From IMG/VR virus record IMGVR_UViG_3300020442_001396, positions 1 through 63,594 of that record: a stretch of 63,594 bases of DNA; one strand, written 5' to 3'. Each line of letters opens with the position of its first letter. Position 1 is the stretch's first letter. The position numbers and the translations under genes were made by a program. Shown here one piece after another: positions 36,990 to 49,900 of this stretch. The notes beneath the pieces are model-generated. The model had not been told where the DNA came from. It worked only from the letters and a program-made list of their open reading frames with translations, and did not search any database. Origin of the DNA: a virus (lineage: Duplodnaviria > Caudoviricetes).

Positions 36990-38234
36990 ATGGCTAAGCA
37001 AACCATCGGTCTTGGCACGTCGGCAAATGACAATACAGGTGACACCCTGAGAGTCGGAGGCGATAAAGTCAATGACAACTTCAATGAAATATATGCAGCG
37101 TTAGGTAATGGTACGACACTCACTGTCAATACCACTAACCCTGCTGTAGGACAAGTATTAAGGTATAACGGTAGTACCTTTCTGCCATCTGATTACACCA
37201 ACCTGACTGCAGCGTTGGATGTAAATGGTAACTCTATCATTTCGTCTTCAAACGGAAATATCCCAATCGCTACGAACGGAACTGGAGATATTAGTCTTGC
37301 TGCGGGTGGTGTTACTTCAGTATTTGATGGTGCTACTGGAACGATCGACTTCCCGACTACGATTTCTTATAAGAACGAATATACTTCATTAGGTGGTGCT
37401 CCTGCTGCAGCAACATACACTGGTTATTATTTTACTGTTAACGGTGATGATAATCCATATGTAAACATCAATATCACTGCAGGTGGTGTTGGTGATACTA
37501 GAGCGAAGTTGCTTACTGAATATTCAAGTATTAACTTACTTTCAGATGTTGATACGTCTACAACTCCTCCTAGTAATGATCAAGTTTTAAAGTGGAATGC
37601 TTCTAGCAGCAAATGGTTACCTGCTAATGATTCTGCGGGTATTGGTAGTATTAACACGTTTGCTTCTGTTGCAGGTGACACTGGAACTACAACTGCTAAC
37701 AGTCAAACAGATACACTAACTATTGCGGGTGGTACTAATATTACTACTGCAGTTGTTGGAGATACTGTGACGGTCAACTTCTCTGGAAATCTAACTACTA
37801 CTCTGAGTGCCTTGACTGATACTAACATGTCAGGGTTGACCCAAGGTGACAGTCTGTTCTATAACGGAACTGACTGGGTTCCTACTCCTACTACTGGTCC
37901 TATTCTTTGGTATGAAATTGGTGCACCTGTAGAAAACGCAAGTAATGACTTCTTGATTAATGGACCTGGGCTTCCAGCAGGAGAAAATCGTGACCCAGAT
38001 CTCTATGTGCATAGAGGATTCACCTATGCTTTTGATAACACGGTTGAGGGTGGTGGACACCCATTTAGGATTCAATCCACACAGGGTTTATCTGGAACAC
38101 CATATACCACTGGTCAAAGTGGTAGTATAACTGCAGTTTTATACTGGACTGTTCCTTTTGATGCCCCTAACACTCTTTATTATCAATGTACACTCCATGC
38201 TGCAATGCAAGGAACCATTTACGTCGTATCATAA
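36990..38234 (+). CDS. baseplate/fibre protein with gp9/gp10-like N-terminus and C-terminal cupredoxin-like domain
   Basis: MAKQTIGLG..NDNTGDTLR.GGDKVNDNFNEIY; HPF...YYQCTLHAAMQG. Confidence 0.8.
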   Translation: MAKQTIGLGTSANDNTGDTLRVGGDKVNDNFNEIYAALGNGTTLTVNTTNPAVGQVLRYNGSTFLPSDYTNLTAALDVNGNSIISSSNGNIPIATNGTGDISLAAGGVTSVFDGATGTIDFPTTISYKNEYTSLGGAPAAATYTGYYFTVNGDDNPYVNINITAGGVGDTRAKLLTEYSSINLLSDVDTSTTPPSNDQVLKWNASSSKWLPANDSAGIGSINTFASVAGDTGTTTANSQTDTLTIAGGTNITTAVVGDTVTVNFSGNLTTTLSALTDTNMSGLTQGDSLFYNGTDWVPTPTTGPILWYEIGAPVENASNDFLINGPGLPAGENRDPDLYVHRGFTYAFDNTVEGGGHPFRIQSTQGLSGTPYTTGQSGSITAVLYWTVPFDAPNTLYYQCTLHAAMQGTIYVVS

Positions 38235-38237
38235 TAA

Positions 38238-41200
38238 ATGACAAGGACTGTCCCAGGAACAGGTGCAAGCATCGAACCCATCTTTGATGAGGTATTCGGT
38301 GTCCGTGCAGTAAAAGTTTTAAATGGAGGATCAAATTATGATCCTGCAGATCCTCCACGTTTAACGATCACTGGTTGTGGCACACCAGATGTGGCAGCTT
38401 TATTATATCCAATTATTGATGCTGATTCTGGTAGAATCACACACGTTAGAGTTTTAAATAGAGGAAGAGGATATGATCCGTTACGTTTGCAGATCATTCC
38501 TGAGCAAGAAACACCAAACGTAGTCAACTCTTTTAATATTAATAGGGTCTGGCAGACACACCCCAACTCTCCAATAAGCGGTGCGTTTACTGGTACTACT
38601 GATAGATTAAGAATTCAATCAGATAATCATCCTAAACCTTCACAGTTATATCAAACTGAAAGAAGACCTGGAGGTTCTGGAGACATTGTAGATAGAACCT
38701 TTGATCAAACATTTGTTTACAGAGGTGGTAAAGATGTTCCAGACCCAGGAACTAGAGCATTACAACCAAATAAGGCAACAGGTATATTAGCAAACGGTGG
38801 TCTATTACATACTCCTGATTGGGGTCTTGCAGGTGGAGCACTTCCAAACTTTCCTATTGATGTAGTCAAATATGATTACGTTAAAGGTAATAATCAGTAT
38901 GATGCTTTCATCGATAATAATGTTTATTATTATCACACAAGTAAAACTATTAATGAGTTTAAACTTCCATTAGGTGTTTTTGAATGGGGAGACCTTGAAG
39001 TCTTTACTTGGAATGTAAAGGTAGAGTTTGATAATGTAATGTTGACTGTTGATCAGATCGATGAAACACTCGGTCAGATTGAAGTGGGAAGAATTGTAGA
39101 TGAAATTTCTGGATCTGGACGTGGTGAGATCGCAAAAATTGTAAGAAATAACTTAGGTGTAATTACAAGAATTTATTTAAGACAACTTACTGGTGATGCT
39201 TTTGCAAATGGTGATCTTTGTTTGGGTTCTAATGGATTTAAGTTCAGAGTAAGTGCTGATCCTATTACATTCCCATTTGGTATCTTCTATATTGATTTTG
39301 GTGCTGATGCACATGAGTTTGGTAGTTTCACTCCAGGTCAATACTACTTTGCACCACAAGATATCAAAGTACAAAAGAATTACTTAATTATTTGGAATCA
39401 ATCAGACCATACAAATCAACCTCATGGTAATAATGCAGGTCATCCCATGCAGTTCTCTACGACTGCAGATGGCACATTAAATGGTGGTACATTATATTAC
39501 AATAGCACAGGTGCTTCTGCTGCTCCCACTACAGATTACGAAAACGAATATCAAGCAATATTCATAATGAGTGCGGATGAAACTAATCGCATTTATTATT
39601 ATTGTAAGTTACACAGATATATGTCTGGTTATGCAGGTGATGAAGGTTACATGACCCTCGACACAACTGCTGAGGAAGAAGACGAAGTTAATATGAACAA
39701 CTACTATGTCGAAGATTTCTTCGGCACAGAGGCAGCAGGGACGAAAGATTTATCTAGACATGTAGACGGTCACTCAAAAATTATCGGTATGTCCTTTGAC
39801 GGATACCCGATCTACGGACCATATGGTTATAACAGTTCGGGTGCTGTTGCTAGAGAAACCTCTAGTTTCCGTTTGAGGACTACTGCAGAACTCCAAGGTG
39901 CTAGACCTATTGTAAACACTGCAAGCACTGTGACTTATACTGTCACTGTTGCAAATGGTGAGTTTGCATTTAACGGATCTTCGCCAGAGTTTCTGAACTT
40001 GTATAGAGGAAAAACTTACATTTTTAATCAAAATGACTCAACGAATGACGGCTCGAATCATATCCTCATATCTACTCAGACGGATGGTTGGCACAGCAGT
40101 AATCCTGTTGTTGTTGGTGATACTTCAGTTCTCTATTCTGGGAACGGTATCTCGTACTGGATTGATGGATCGAGTGTTAATTATCAACAATATCTTAGTG
40201 GATTCAATAGTGCTACCACTAGAGAAATAAGATTTACAGTTCCTGTAGATGCACCTGGTGTATTATATCTGTTCTCTTACATCAACTCTGGGTATGGACT
40301 CAGATTAGTTAATGATGGTTATATTTTAGGAGATCTAACTTCTGATTATATTTACGATGCTAGTGTAGGAACCCTTGATGAATACAATGGTAAGTTCGGT
40401 GTAACACCAGAGTATCCCAATGGAACTTATGCTTACTTTATGACCGAAGATGGCAGTGGGAATCCAACCTTCCCATATGCTATTGGTCCTCGTTATTATG
40501 GCGCACCATTATTTGAAGGTGATACTGTTCCTCCACAACCTGACACTTTCCCAACATTAGCAACTGGTGATGTTGTACTTGCAAGCAATGGATCTGTTGC
40601 TTATGTCAAAATGACCAAAAAAGGTGACAACTATTTTGGTCCTGCTAAAGCAAAGATTCTTGGTGGAGAAGGATCTGGTGCTGTAGGTACTCCCATCGTA
40701 CAAACTGTTACTGGTTTGTCTCTACTCAATCAAGGTAGAAGTTATGCAACTCCTCCAACACTCATCTTTGAAGGTGGTGGTGGACAGGGTGCACAAGGTG
40801 CTGCTGAGATTGATACTCTTGGTAAGGTTACATCGGTTAATATTGTAGATCCAGGTGAGTTCTATCAGGAAGCACCATTTGTTCTCATCTCTGGTGGTGG
40901 AGGTATCGGTGCTAAAGCAGAGGCAACTATATCACAAGGTGTCATTACAGGTATTAATATTACCGATCCAGGTGAAGGATATACTTCTCCACCGAACGTT
41001 ATCTTTACAAAACTTGTAAATCTTAAGCGTAAAACTAGAGCAAGACAGGCATTCAACTCTAGTGCAATTTACTTAACAGGTCTTGTTAAGGATGTGACTC
41101 CAAATGATACAAACATATATGTTGATTCTACAGATGCATATCCTGGTTCTGGTCAAATTATTGTTAATACAGAAACAATTACATATACTAGTAAGAGTCC

Positions 41201-42407
41201 AGGAAGATTTACTGGTCTAACTCGTGGTGTAAACTTTAATTATGATCAGAGAGTTGTATTAGATACAATTCAGAACCTACCTGATGGAACTTCTAACTAT
41301 AAGTTCAATGTTGGTGACAGAGTTATACGTCGTGTTGAGAATGCTAATAACAAAGTTGCTAAAGTATATGACTTCAACCCTGCTACTAGAGAACTTCTAG
41401 TTACTTTTGAAGTTGATGAACTTGCATTTATTGATGGTGGTAGACCTTCTACTGAAGATGCTATCGTTCAATTTGATGCAGGTGTTGCTGCTTCTTCTGG
41501 TGCAGGTGTCTTACCACACACAATTATTGATGCTCCAGGCACCAATATTACAACATTTACAGTTCCTATTGGAACTATACAGGATAAAGATTTCCAAGAC
41601 ATTGCTGAAAATGCAGGTGCAGGAGATGGCATTCCTGACTTGAGTAATGCAAACACAGATTATGCTAACCAGATTAGTCTTGACGGTGGTATCTTCAGTT
41701 CTCTTTATGGTATTGAAGAGACACAGGGCGGTACTAACACAACTCTATTCCAAGTTGGTGACAGTATTAAAGACGCTGATATTCCATTCAAATATGCGAC
41801 TGTTGTTGAAGCAGGTGGACTTGCAGATGGTGTCGCACACCCTGCAGTGCTAAATATCACATTAGACGTTCCAGGTGGAAACGGATTAAACTTCTCCACA
41901 AACGAAGTCGTGACTGGTTCTATTTCTGGTGTTAGAGGAACTGTTGTTTCTTGGATACCTTCGACTGGTATCTTAACAGTTAATAATATTATTCCTTACA
42001 ATACTGGAAACGTTAATATTGGTATCGGTGGATTACTCTATGAGTTTTCACAAAATAGTAGTATTATTGATTTTATCATTGCAAATCCAGGAACAAACTA
42101 TACTGGAGTGCCAACAATAGCGATTGAGAATACTGGCGATATACAGGCAACTGGTACTGTTGTAATGACAACTGCAGGAGACCAAGTTGCATCTATTACT
42201 ATTAATAATGGAGGGTATGGAATCCCTCAAACTGTAGATGGCACCTACAATCTACACCCAACTGTAACATTTACAAATGCGAGTGGAGATACAACAGGTG
42301 CAAATGCTGCTGCACAAGCAGTACTGGGTGGAGAGAACCTTACTGGAAATGGCGGTGCTTCTTATAGAATTAAGAGCATTGAGTATTCTACAGTTGTTCG
42401 CTCGTAA
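38238..42407 (+). CDS. virion structural protein with YHYH and cupredoxin-like domains, 1389 aa
   Basis: [40 protein letters not shown]...[10 protein letters not shown], GxGY repeats. Confidence 0.8.
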   Translation: MTRTVPGTGASIEPIFDEVFGVRAVKVLNGGSNYDPADPPRLTITGCGTPDVAALLYPIIDADSGRITHVRVLNRGRGYDPLRLQIIPEQETPNVVNSFNINRVWQTHPNSPISGAFTGTTDRLRIQSDNHPKPSQLYQTERRPGGSGDIVDRTFDQTFVYRGGKDVPDPGTRALQPNKATGILANGGLLHTPDWGLAGGALPNFPIDVVKYDYVKGNNQYDAFIDNNVYYYHTSKTINEFKLPLGVFEWGDLEVFTWNVKVEFDNVMLTVDQIDETLGQIEVGRIVDEISGSGRGEIAKIVRNNLGVITRIYLRQLTGDAFANGDLCLGSNGFKFRVSADPITFPFGIFYIDFGADAHEFGSFTPGQYYFAPQDIKVQKNYLIIWNQSDHTNQPHGNNAGHPMQFSTTADGTLNGGTLYYNSTGASAAPTTDYENEYQAIFIMSADETNRIYYYCKLHRYMSGYAGDEGYMTLDTTAEEEDEVNMNNYYVEDFFGTEAAGTKDLSRHVDGHSKIIGMSFDGYPIYGPYGYNSSGAVARETSSFRLRTTAELQGARPIVNTASTVTYTVTVANGEFAFNGSSPEFLNLYRGKTYIFNQNDSTNDGSNHILISTQTDGWHSSNPVVVGDTSVLYSGNGISYWIDGSSVNYQQYLSGFNSATTREIRFTVPVDAPGVLYLFSYINSGYGLRLVNDGYILGDLTSDYIYDASVGTLDEYNGKFGVTPEYPNGTYAYFMTEDGSGNPTFPYAIGPRYYGAPLFEGDTVPPQPDTFPTLATGDVVLASNGSVAYVKMTKKGDNYFGPAKAKILGGEGSGAVGTPIVQTVTGLSLLNQGRSYATPPTLIFEGGGGQGAQGAAEIDTLGKVTSVNIVDPGEFYQEAPFVLISGGGGIGAKAEATISQGVITGINITDPGEGYTSPPNVIFTKLVNLKRKTRARQAFNSSAIYLTGLVKDVTPNDTNIYVDSTDAYPGSGQIIVNTETITYTSKSPGRFTGLTRGVNFNYDQRVVLDTIQNLPDGTSNYKFNVGDRVIRRVENANNKVAKVYDFNPATRELLVTFEVDELAFIDGGRPSTEDAIVQFDAGVAASSGAGVLPHTIIDAPGTNITTFTVPIGTIQDKDFQDIAENAGAGDGIPDLSNANTDYANQISLDGGIFSSLYGIEETQGGTNTTLFQVGDSIKDADIPFKYATVVEAGGLADGVAHPAVLNITLDVPGGNGLNFSTNEVVTGSISGVRGTVVSWIPSTGILTVNNIIPYNTGNVNIGIGGLLYEFSQNSSIIDFIIANPGTNYTGVPTIAIENTGDIQATGTVVMTTAGDQVASITINNGGYGIPQTVDGTYNLHPTVTFTNASGDTTGANAAAQAVLGGENLTGNGGASYRIKSIEYSTVVRS

Positions 42408-42412
42408 CCTTA

Positions 42413-42419
42413 ATAAATA
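42413..42419 (+). promoter_or_regulatory. T4-type late promoter
   Basis: ATAAATA. Confidence 0.7.
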
Positions 42420-42445
42420 AACAAGAGGACAAATAGTATCCGCAA

Positions 42446-43978
42446 ATGGCAGCCCTATTAACTGATCAGTTTAGAATATTTTCTGCGAAAAAGTTCATCA
42501 AGGCACTTGAAGGTCCTGACGCGACCCAAAGTGACGATGCAGCAGGTGCAACGAGAGATCGTTTGTATCTGTTTATTGGTAGACCGCAACCTTGGGACAA
42601 TGAAAACTCACCGCCTCAGGCAGTGGATTCATTCTCAGAGTTTTCTGGTTCTTATGACGACATGGTGTCTATGAAGAGAGTCCTTGCTTCTGACACTGTT
42701 CAAGTTTGTCGTAGAATCGATTGGGTCTCTCCCGAACAAACTACTGGTGGATTGGGTTTTACTTATGACATGTATCGTCATGACTACTCCCCAAGTAAGA
42801 CTGCTGCTTCTGGTGCTACTAAATTATATGATTCTGATTTTTACGTTGTAAACTCTCAGTATCAAGTATACAAATGTATCTACAATGGTACATCACCCTC
42901 TGATCCAAATGGCAAACCTTCTACTGTCGAGCCTACTGGGACTAGCACTAGCATCATCACTACTGGCGACGGGTATCGTTGGAAGTATATGTACACTATT
43001 CCAGTTGCAAGCGTTCTTAAGTTTTTCTCAAACGACTACATGCCCGTCTTCACTAACGCAGCGGTTCAAACCAACGCAGTTGCAGGTGAAGTCGATACTG
43101 TTGTTATTAACGCTGCAGGGTCTGGTTACAACAATGGTACTTACGACAACGTAGCGATTAACGGTGACGGAACTGGTGGTCGTGTTTCAATCGTTGTTGA
43201 CGGTGGTAAAGTTATCTCTGCCACGGTGACATCTGGTGGTACTGGATATACATTCGGTAAAATCACCATTGATAATATCACTGGTATCGGTACTGGTACT
43301 GGTGGACAGGTTGACGTTATCTTGCCTCCTCCTGGTGGGCACGGTGCAGATGCTGTTACAGAAATCGGTGCCTTTAGGGTTATGATCAACGCCAAACTCT
43401 CATACGATGAGGGTGCAGGTGACTTCCCTGTCGATAACGACTATCGTCGTATCGGTCTTGTTACTAACCCACTTAAGTTTGGTACATCGGAACTTATCTC
43501 TGACTTGACGATCTCTGCTGCTAAAGCAGTTATCTTCGCTCCTACATTCCAAGGTAACTACGTTCCTGATGAGATCATCACACAAACACGAGTCGTTGGC
43601 GGTACAAACGTTACTGCTAGAGGTCGTGTTATTTCTTGGAACCCAACAACTAAACTTCTGAAGTACTATCAGAACGCAGTTGATGGTATCTTCCCAGAAG
43701 TTACAGGTACACAGAATGAGTTTGACGGTTCTAACGTAATCAGTGGTGCAACCTCTGGTGCTGCAGGACAACCTGACGTCAACTTCCCTGCTGTTCCAAA
43801 CTCTTCTTCTAGAACTATTAACAACACAGAATATGACTTAGGTATGAAGTTCAACAACGGTTATGCAAAACCCGAAGTTGCCTCAAACACTGGTCAGGTT
43901 GTTTATATAGATAATAGAAGATCCATCAGTCGTGCTAACGACCAAGTAGAAGACATCAAAATCGTAATCGAGTTCTAA
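42446..43978 (+). CDS. gp8: baseplate wedge subunit gp8
   Basis: LYLFIGRPQPW, YVVNSQYQVYKC, DGYRWKYMYTI, DYRRIGLV.NP, YIDNRRSISRA.DQ.EDIKIVIEF. Confidence 0.9.
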   Translation: MAALLTDQFRIFSAKKFIKALEGPDATQSDDAAGATRDRLYLFIGRPQPWDNENSPPQAVDSFSEFSGSYDDMVSMKRVLASDTVQVCRRIDWVSPEQTTGGLGFTYDMYRHDYSPSKTAASGATKLYDSDFYVVNSQYQVYKCIYNGTSPSDPNGKPSTVEPTGTSTSIITTGDGYRWKYMYTIPVASVLKFFSNDYMPVFTNAAVQTNAVAGEVDTVVINAAGSGYNNGTYDNVAINGDGTGGRVSIVVDGGKVISATVTSGGTGYTFGKITIDNITGIGTGTGGQVDVILPPPGGHGADAVTEIGAFRVMINAKLSYDEGAGDFPVDNDYRRIGLVTNPLKFGTSELISDLTISAAKAVIFAPTFQGNYVPDEIITQTRVVGGTNVTARGRVISWNPTTKLLKYYQNAVDGIFPEVTGTQNEFDGSNVISGATSGAAGQPDVNFPAVPNSSSRTINNTEYDLGMKFNNGYAKPEVASNTGQVVYIDNRRSISRANDQVEDIKIVIEF

Positions 43979-46900
43979 TGGCACAAAATACCAATCTAAA
44001 CGTCACACCATACTACGACGATTTCGATAAAACGAAAAACTTTTATCGAGTGCTATTTCGTCCTGGGTTCCCAATCCAAGCAAGAGAACTCACTACCATG
44101 CAGAGTATTCTGCAGAATCAGGTAGAGAATGTAGGTTCACACCTGTTTAAAGATGGCGCAATGGTCATCCCTGGTCAGGTAGGTTACGACTTAAATGTAG
44201 ACGCTATCCAGTTACAAGAGTCATTCTTGGGTGCTGATGTTGAACAGTATCGTACTCAGTTGAATGGTAAGATTATTGAAGGTCTTACATCTGGTGTAAA
44301 AGCAAAAGTTTTATTCAGTATTTCTGCTACCGATTCGACGAAAGGATATATTACACTCTACGTTAAGTATATTGAATCTGGTGGTACACAGAATACACAA
44401 CAAACATTTTCAAATAACGAACAGTTAATCACTGATGCTGAAATTACTTTCGGCACAACTCTGATTGAAATTGGATCACCCTTCGCTCAGTTGTTACCTA
44501 CTGCTGCATTACAGCAGGGTTCTGTAGCATATATTCAAGAAGGTGTTTATTTCATCAGAGGTTTCTTTGTTGACGTACAATATCAGTACCTACTTCTCGA
44601 TCAGTATGGATCAAACCCCTCCTATCGTATCGGACTTGATATTCAAGAATCCATTATTACTCCAGAGGATGACCTTAGTCTCAATGACAACGCTGCTGGA
44701 ACAAGTAACTATGCTGCTCCTGGTTCTCATAGATTTAGAATCTCAACAAGATTAGTTAAGAAACTACTCACAGATGATGCTGATAAAGACTTCCTTGAAC
44801 TCTTAAGAATCAACAATAGTAAAGTTGAAAAACTTGTTGATAGAAGTGCATATGATGAACTAGAAAGATCCATGGCAACCAGAACTTTTGAAGAGTCTGG
44901 TGACTATGTTGTTAAAGATTTTAAAATTACTGCCAGAGAAAATCTTGATGATGGTTTCAACAATGGTGTATATGCATCTGGTTCTACTACTGCTCAGGGC
45001 AATGCCACTACAGAGAGAATGTATGCTATTGAGTTTGGACCTGGAACTGCATATGTAAGAGGATATAGAGTTTCTACTTTATCACCAACTTATGTTGACT
45101 TAGAAAAACCAAGAGATACTAAAGCATCACAGAATACTATTATTCCATTTGAGATGGGTAATAATATTATTGTAACGAATGTTTTTGGTTTCCCTAACTC
45201 AACAGGTTCTTCTCTTGCTAGTGCATATCAAACTATTGAGTTGAGAGATTCATTCACTTCAACTCCTGGAACTAACGCAGGTAATATTATTGGTTTTGCA
45301 AGACTTGCTGCGATGGAGCATACATCAGACGGTGATGATACAACCTTTGGTAACGCTGATGATACTTACAACACCAACATCTTTGATGTTCAGATGTTCA
45401 CTATTCTTGAGTTAGCATCTGCTGTAACTATTCAAGCAGGTTCTCTCTTAGTTGGTGCATCTTCTGGTGCAAGAGCATATCTTGTTGAGGGTGTTAGTTC
45501 TTCAGATCATATTGACTGCTATCAAGTTGAAGGTACTTTCGCTGTGGGCGAAATGATTCTTGTTGATGGTTTAAATGTTGACACTGTTGAAGTTGCACAC
45601 AGTTATGCATTCTCTGATACTAGACAGATTGTATCTAGAGATGAAAGCACAAATGCTACTGAGTTTACTGCTGATATTATTTTAGATGATATTCAAGTTA
45701 TTCAAGGTACTACATTCACTTATGATGCAACAGGTGGTTCTGAAAAGATTACTGGTCAATCTTCTAACTTTGCGTTAGATCTTAAACCTGGTGATAGAAT
45801 TTACTTTAATGGAACTCAGTATGTTGATGTTGATAAAGTCAACCCCAACTCTTTAACTGGTTCTCAAATCTCAACTATCTTTGACTATCAAGCACAGACA
45901 GTTAATGTAACTCCTGGACCTGGTGGTGCTGCTCCTTCTGCAGGAACTTATGCTGCCTTACTTAGACAACGTTCTAAATTGAACAACGTCCAGAATGCTG
46001 ATCTCTTAAGTGAGATGCCTAAGAAGTACATCAAGAGTATTTCTGACGAATCTATGATCGTTAGGAGAACTTTTGACGCACAGACCGTTGCTTCTAACTC
46101 TATCTCTATTACTCTTCCTGAGAATGAACAGTTCCAAGCAATCTCTGATCAAAACTATACCTTCACCGTACTTGCGGGTACAAACAGCACTCACCCTGTC
46201 GGTGATCAGATCACTATCAATACTACCAACACTGGTGCTATTGGTTATACCACGTTCACCTCTTCTGATAGAACAACTATTCAGATTGATAACTTAACTA
46301 ACATCACTTCGATCAAGGTTACTGCAACTATCTCGAAGAACGTAACCCAGAGAAAAACAAAATCTGGTCAACAGATGTTTGTTCTTAAAGTGAACAAGAC
46401 AATCGAAAATCTTGATAAGCAAAACTATAATTTAACTTATTCTAACCTTTATGGTACTAGAATTCAAGACAGAGATCTATCTCTTGGTCTTGTAGACTGC
46501 TACAGATTACACGCTGTATATGAGTCTAATGATGACAATGATCCTGTTCTTCCTTCTGTAACTCTGGTTGAACCTACTTTCTTTGCTACAGGTACTATCG
46601 TTACTGGTAGAACTTCTAAGGCAAGAGCAAAAGTTGTTGCATTCAGCTCAGGTACTCTGAAACTAAGTCTTGTTTATATTAGCGGTCAACTACAGTCAGG
46701 TGAAACTATTGATGGTTTTGATAGTAGTGGAGTTGCTCTCAGTGCTATTATTAATGATAGTGTTGGATCTGTTATTGCAGGATCTAAAGTTATTACTGAC
46801 AACTACTTCTTGGAAGTAAGTCAGACTGGTTTCATATACGATGTTTCTAGACTTACTCGTAAGAAAGGCGTAGCGACTCCTATCAGAAAACTTCTGGTAG

Positions 46901-49900
46901 TTTTAGATTACTATACACACTCTGCTACTGGTGATTACTTCGGTGGTCAATCATATCTTGATACAACTTATGGTGATATTCCATTCTTCGGTACTAAGTT
47001 CCTTGCAGATTACTTAGACTTCAGACCTGGTTGTAAGAATCTTTATAGCGGTACTGGTTCTGTAGCATCTCCTGCTTTTGTGAACTGCTCTACGTTTGAC
47101 TTTAAGTCAAGAGTATTCAATGTGTCAGGCACACCTAATGCTACTATCTTTGACGTTCCTAAAATCAATAGTGATTTCAGAGCTGACTTTGACTGGTATC
47201 TACCAAGAGTTGACAAAGCATTCTTGACACCTGCAGGTGAGTTCCAACTCATTAAAGGTAAGTCTTCTGAGTTACCTCAAGAACCTGATGATCTGAAAGA
47301 TGGTATGCTCTTAGCAACCATGTCTCACAAACCATATGGTTTTGATCCTGAGACTGATATTGTTATCACTAGATCAGATAACAGACGTTATACCATGCGT
47401 GACATCGGTGGTATTGAACGTAGATTGGATCAGGTTGAATATTATACTTCACTCAACATGCTTGAGTCCGATACCTTCGCGACCAAGATTATTGATGCTG
47501 ATGGAAAGGATAGATTGAAGAATGGATTTATTGTAGACGACTTCTCTGATCATAGTAAATCACAAACTTCTCATGAAGACTTCTCTGCTGCATTAGATTT
47601 TGCTCAGGGTCAAGCACATCCTTCTCACTATACAACTAATATTCCTTTACAATTAAACACTACTATATCTCAGAACTATCAGCAAACTGGACCGATTATC
47701 ACTCTTCCATATTCTGAGTTGACAATCATCAACCAACCATATGCTTCTAGAGTTGAGAATATCAACCCATTCAACGTATTTACTTACATTGGACGTATTG
47801 ATCTTACTCCTGCATCTGATGATTGGTTAGAGACTCAAAGACTTCCTGCTAACGTTCAGCAAGTTGAAGGTGATTTCCAATCAGTATCTTCTGAACTTAG
47901 AGTTGACCAAAATGGTTTTGCTCCTATTCAGTGGAATGCATGGAGAGATCAGTGGAGTGCAAGTAGAGTTATTGGATCTAGAGTTACTAGAAACTCTTTC
48001 TGGTTAGAGATGGACGTCGGTAGATCACCTAGTCCTGGTGTCTGGGGTGGTCGTGGTATGAGACGTGTTAACAGAGAGGAAACTTTACTTGTTACAACTA
48101 GACAAACTAGATCTGGTATTAGATCTAGAGTTATTCCTAGGATTGATAGACAATCTCTTGGTGATCAAGTTATGTCTTCTACTTCTATTCCTTGGATTAG
48201 ATCTAGAAACGTCAAGGTTAATGTTGAAAGACTGAAACCCAGAACTCGTTTCTATTCTTTCTTTGATGGAAAGCAAGTCTCTGACTACTTCACTCCTAAG
48301 TTGATTGAACTTATTAAAGATCCTTCGACTGATGCTCGTACAAACTCTACACCTTTCATTCCTGGTGAGACTGTAAGAGGACAAAATAGTGGTTGTGTAC
48401 TAAGAGTTGCAAACCCTGATGATTTGTATATTAACAACCCATATGATGATACAGCGATGGCAACATCATATGCTTCTACTACTGCATTCTTAAACATTGA
48501 TACTGATGCATTAGCAGCACAAGCAGTTGGTCAGTTCTTCGGTAATGTTCAAGTTGGTGAAGTGTTAGTTGCTGACTCTGGTGCAAGAGCAGTTGTTAAA
48601 GATCGTCGTCTTGTTTCTGACCGTTTTGGTAAGATGCAAGCATCATTCTTTATTCCTCCTGCTTCTGTAGATACTAATCCTCGTTGGGCAACTGGTACTA
48701 GAACTATTAGACTTTCTACTTCTGATACTGATTCACGTCTTGCAGGTGCAGTTGCATCTTCTGCTGAAGCAGAATACGAAGCAAGTGGTACACTGAACAG
48801 AGTTCGTGAAAACGTACTTGCTGTTAGAAACGCTGAAGTTGTTCGTGACACTGTAAACCAGACTAGAAACTTCAATACAATCAGAACTGAGACCAGACAG
48901 ATTGGTTGGTATGACCCTCTTGCTCAGTCCTTCATTTCTGATGAAGAAGGTGGTGTGTTTATTACGTCCGTTGAAGTTTTCTTCTTCAAGAAAGATGCAA
49001 ACATTCCTGTCTCCATGCAGGTTAGAACCATGGAAAATGGATATCCTACTACTGCGATTCTTCCCTTCTCTGATGTTACTTTAGAACCATCACAGGTTCA
49101 GTTATCTGAAACTGCTGCTGTTGCAACTAAATTTACATTCAAAGCACCTGTTTACATTCCACAGTCGATTGAACATTGTTTCGTTCTTCTTTCTGACTCT
49201 AACGAGTATCAGATCTGGATCTCTAGAATGGGTGAGATTGATATTACTGGTGACAGAACTATTTCTGAACAACCATACGCAGGTGTGCTCTTCAAATCAC
49301 AGAACGCATCTACTTGGACTGCTGACCAGTATGAAGATTTGAAGTTCAAAGTTAACAGAGCAGAGTTTGATACTACTTCACTATCTACTGTTAGTCTTAA
49401 TAACGCCCCTCTTGACATCGGTAACGGTGGTAAGTTGAGATTACAAAGAGATCCTATTCAAACATTTGTTCCTGAGATCGATCTCCTTCTTAACTCTACT
49501 ACTCTTCCATATACTATTGGTGCTAGAATCTATCAGAAGACTACACTTGCTCAAGGTACTATTGCCAAGAGAACTGTAACTTCTAGTGGAGTTATCTTAA
49601 CAATTAAAGATATTACTGGTACGTTTGCAGCAGGTTCTAACACTGGTGGTGTTATTTCAAACAGAATCGTATCTTCTAAAACAACTGCAACTCTTGTAGT
49701 TACTGGTGCATCTGGTGACTTTACAGTTGGTGAAACTATCACAGGTAACTCTGCGGGTGCTCCTACTGCTGAAGTTGTAACTTGGAATGCAGGTACGAAC
49801 ACTCTTGAACTTAAGTTTGTTTCTACAGACTTTATCACTTCACCTGCTGAAACTGTAACTGGAGGATCATCTACTGTTACTGCAACTGTGAGTTCTATCA

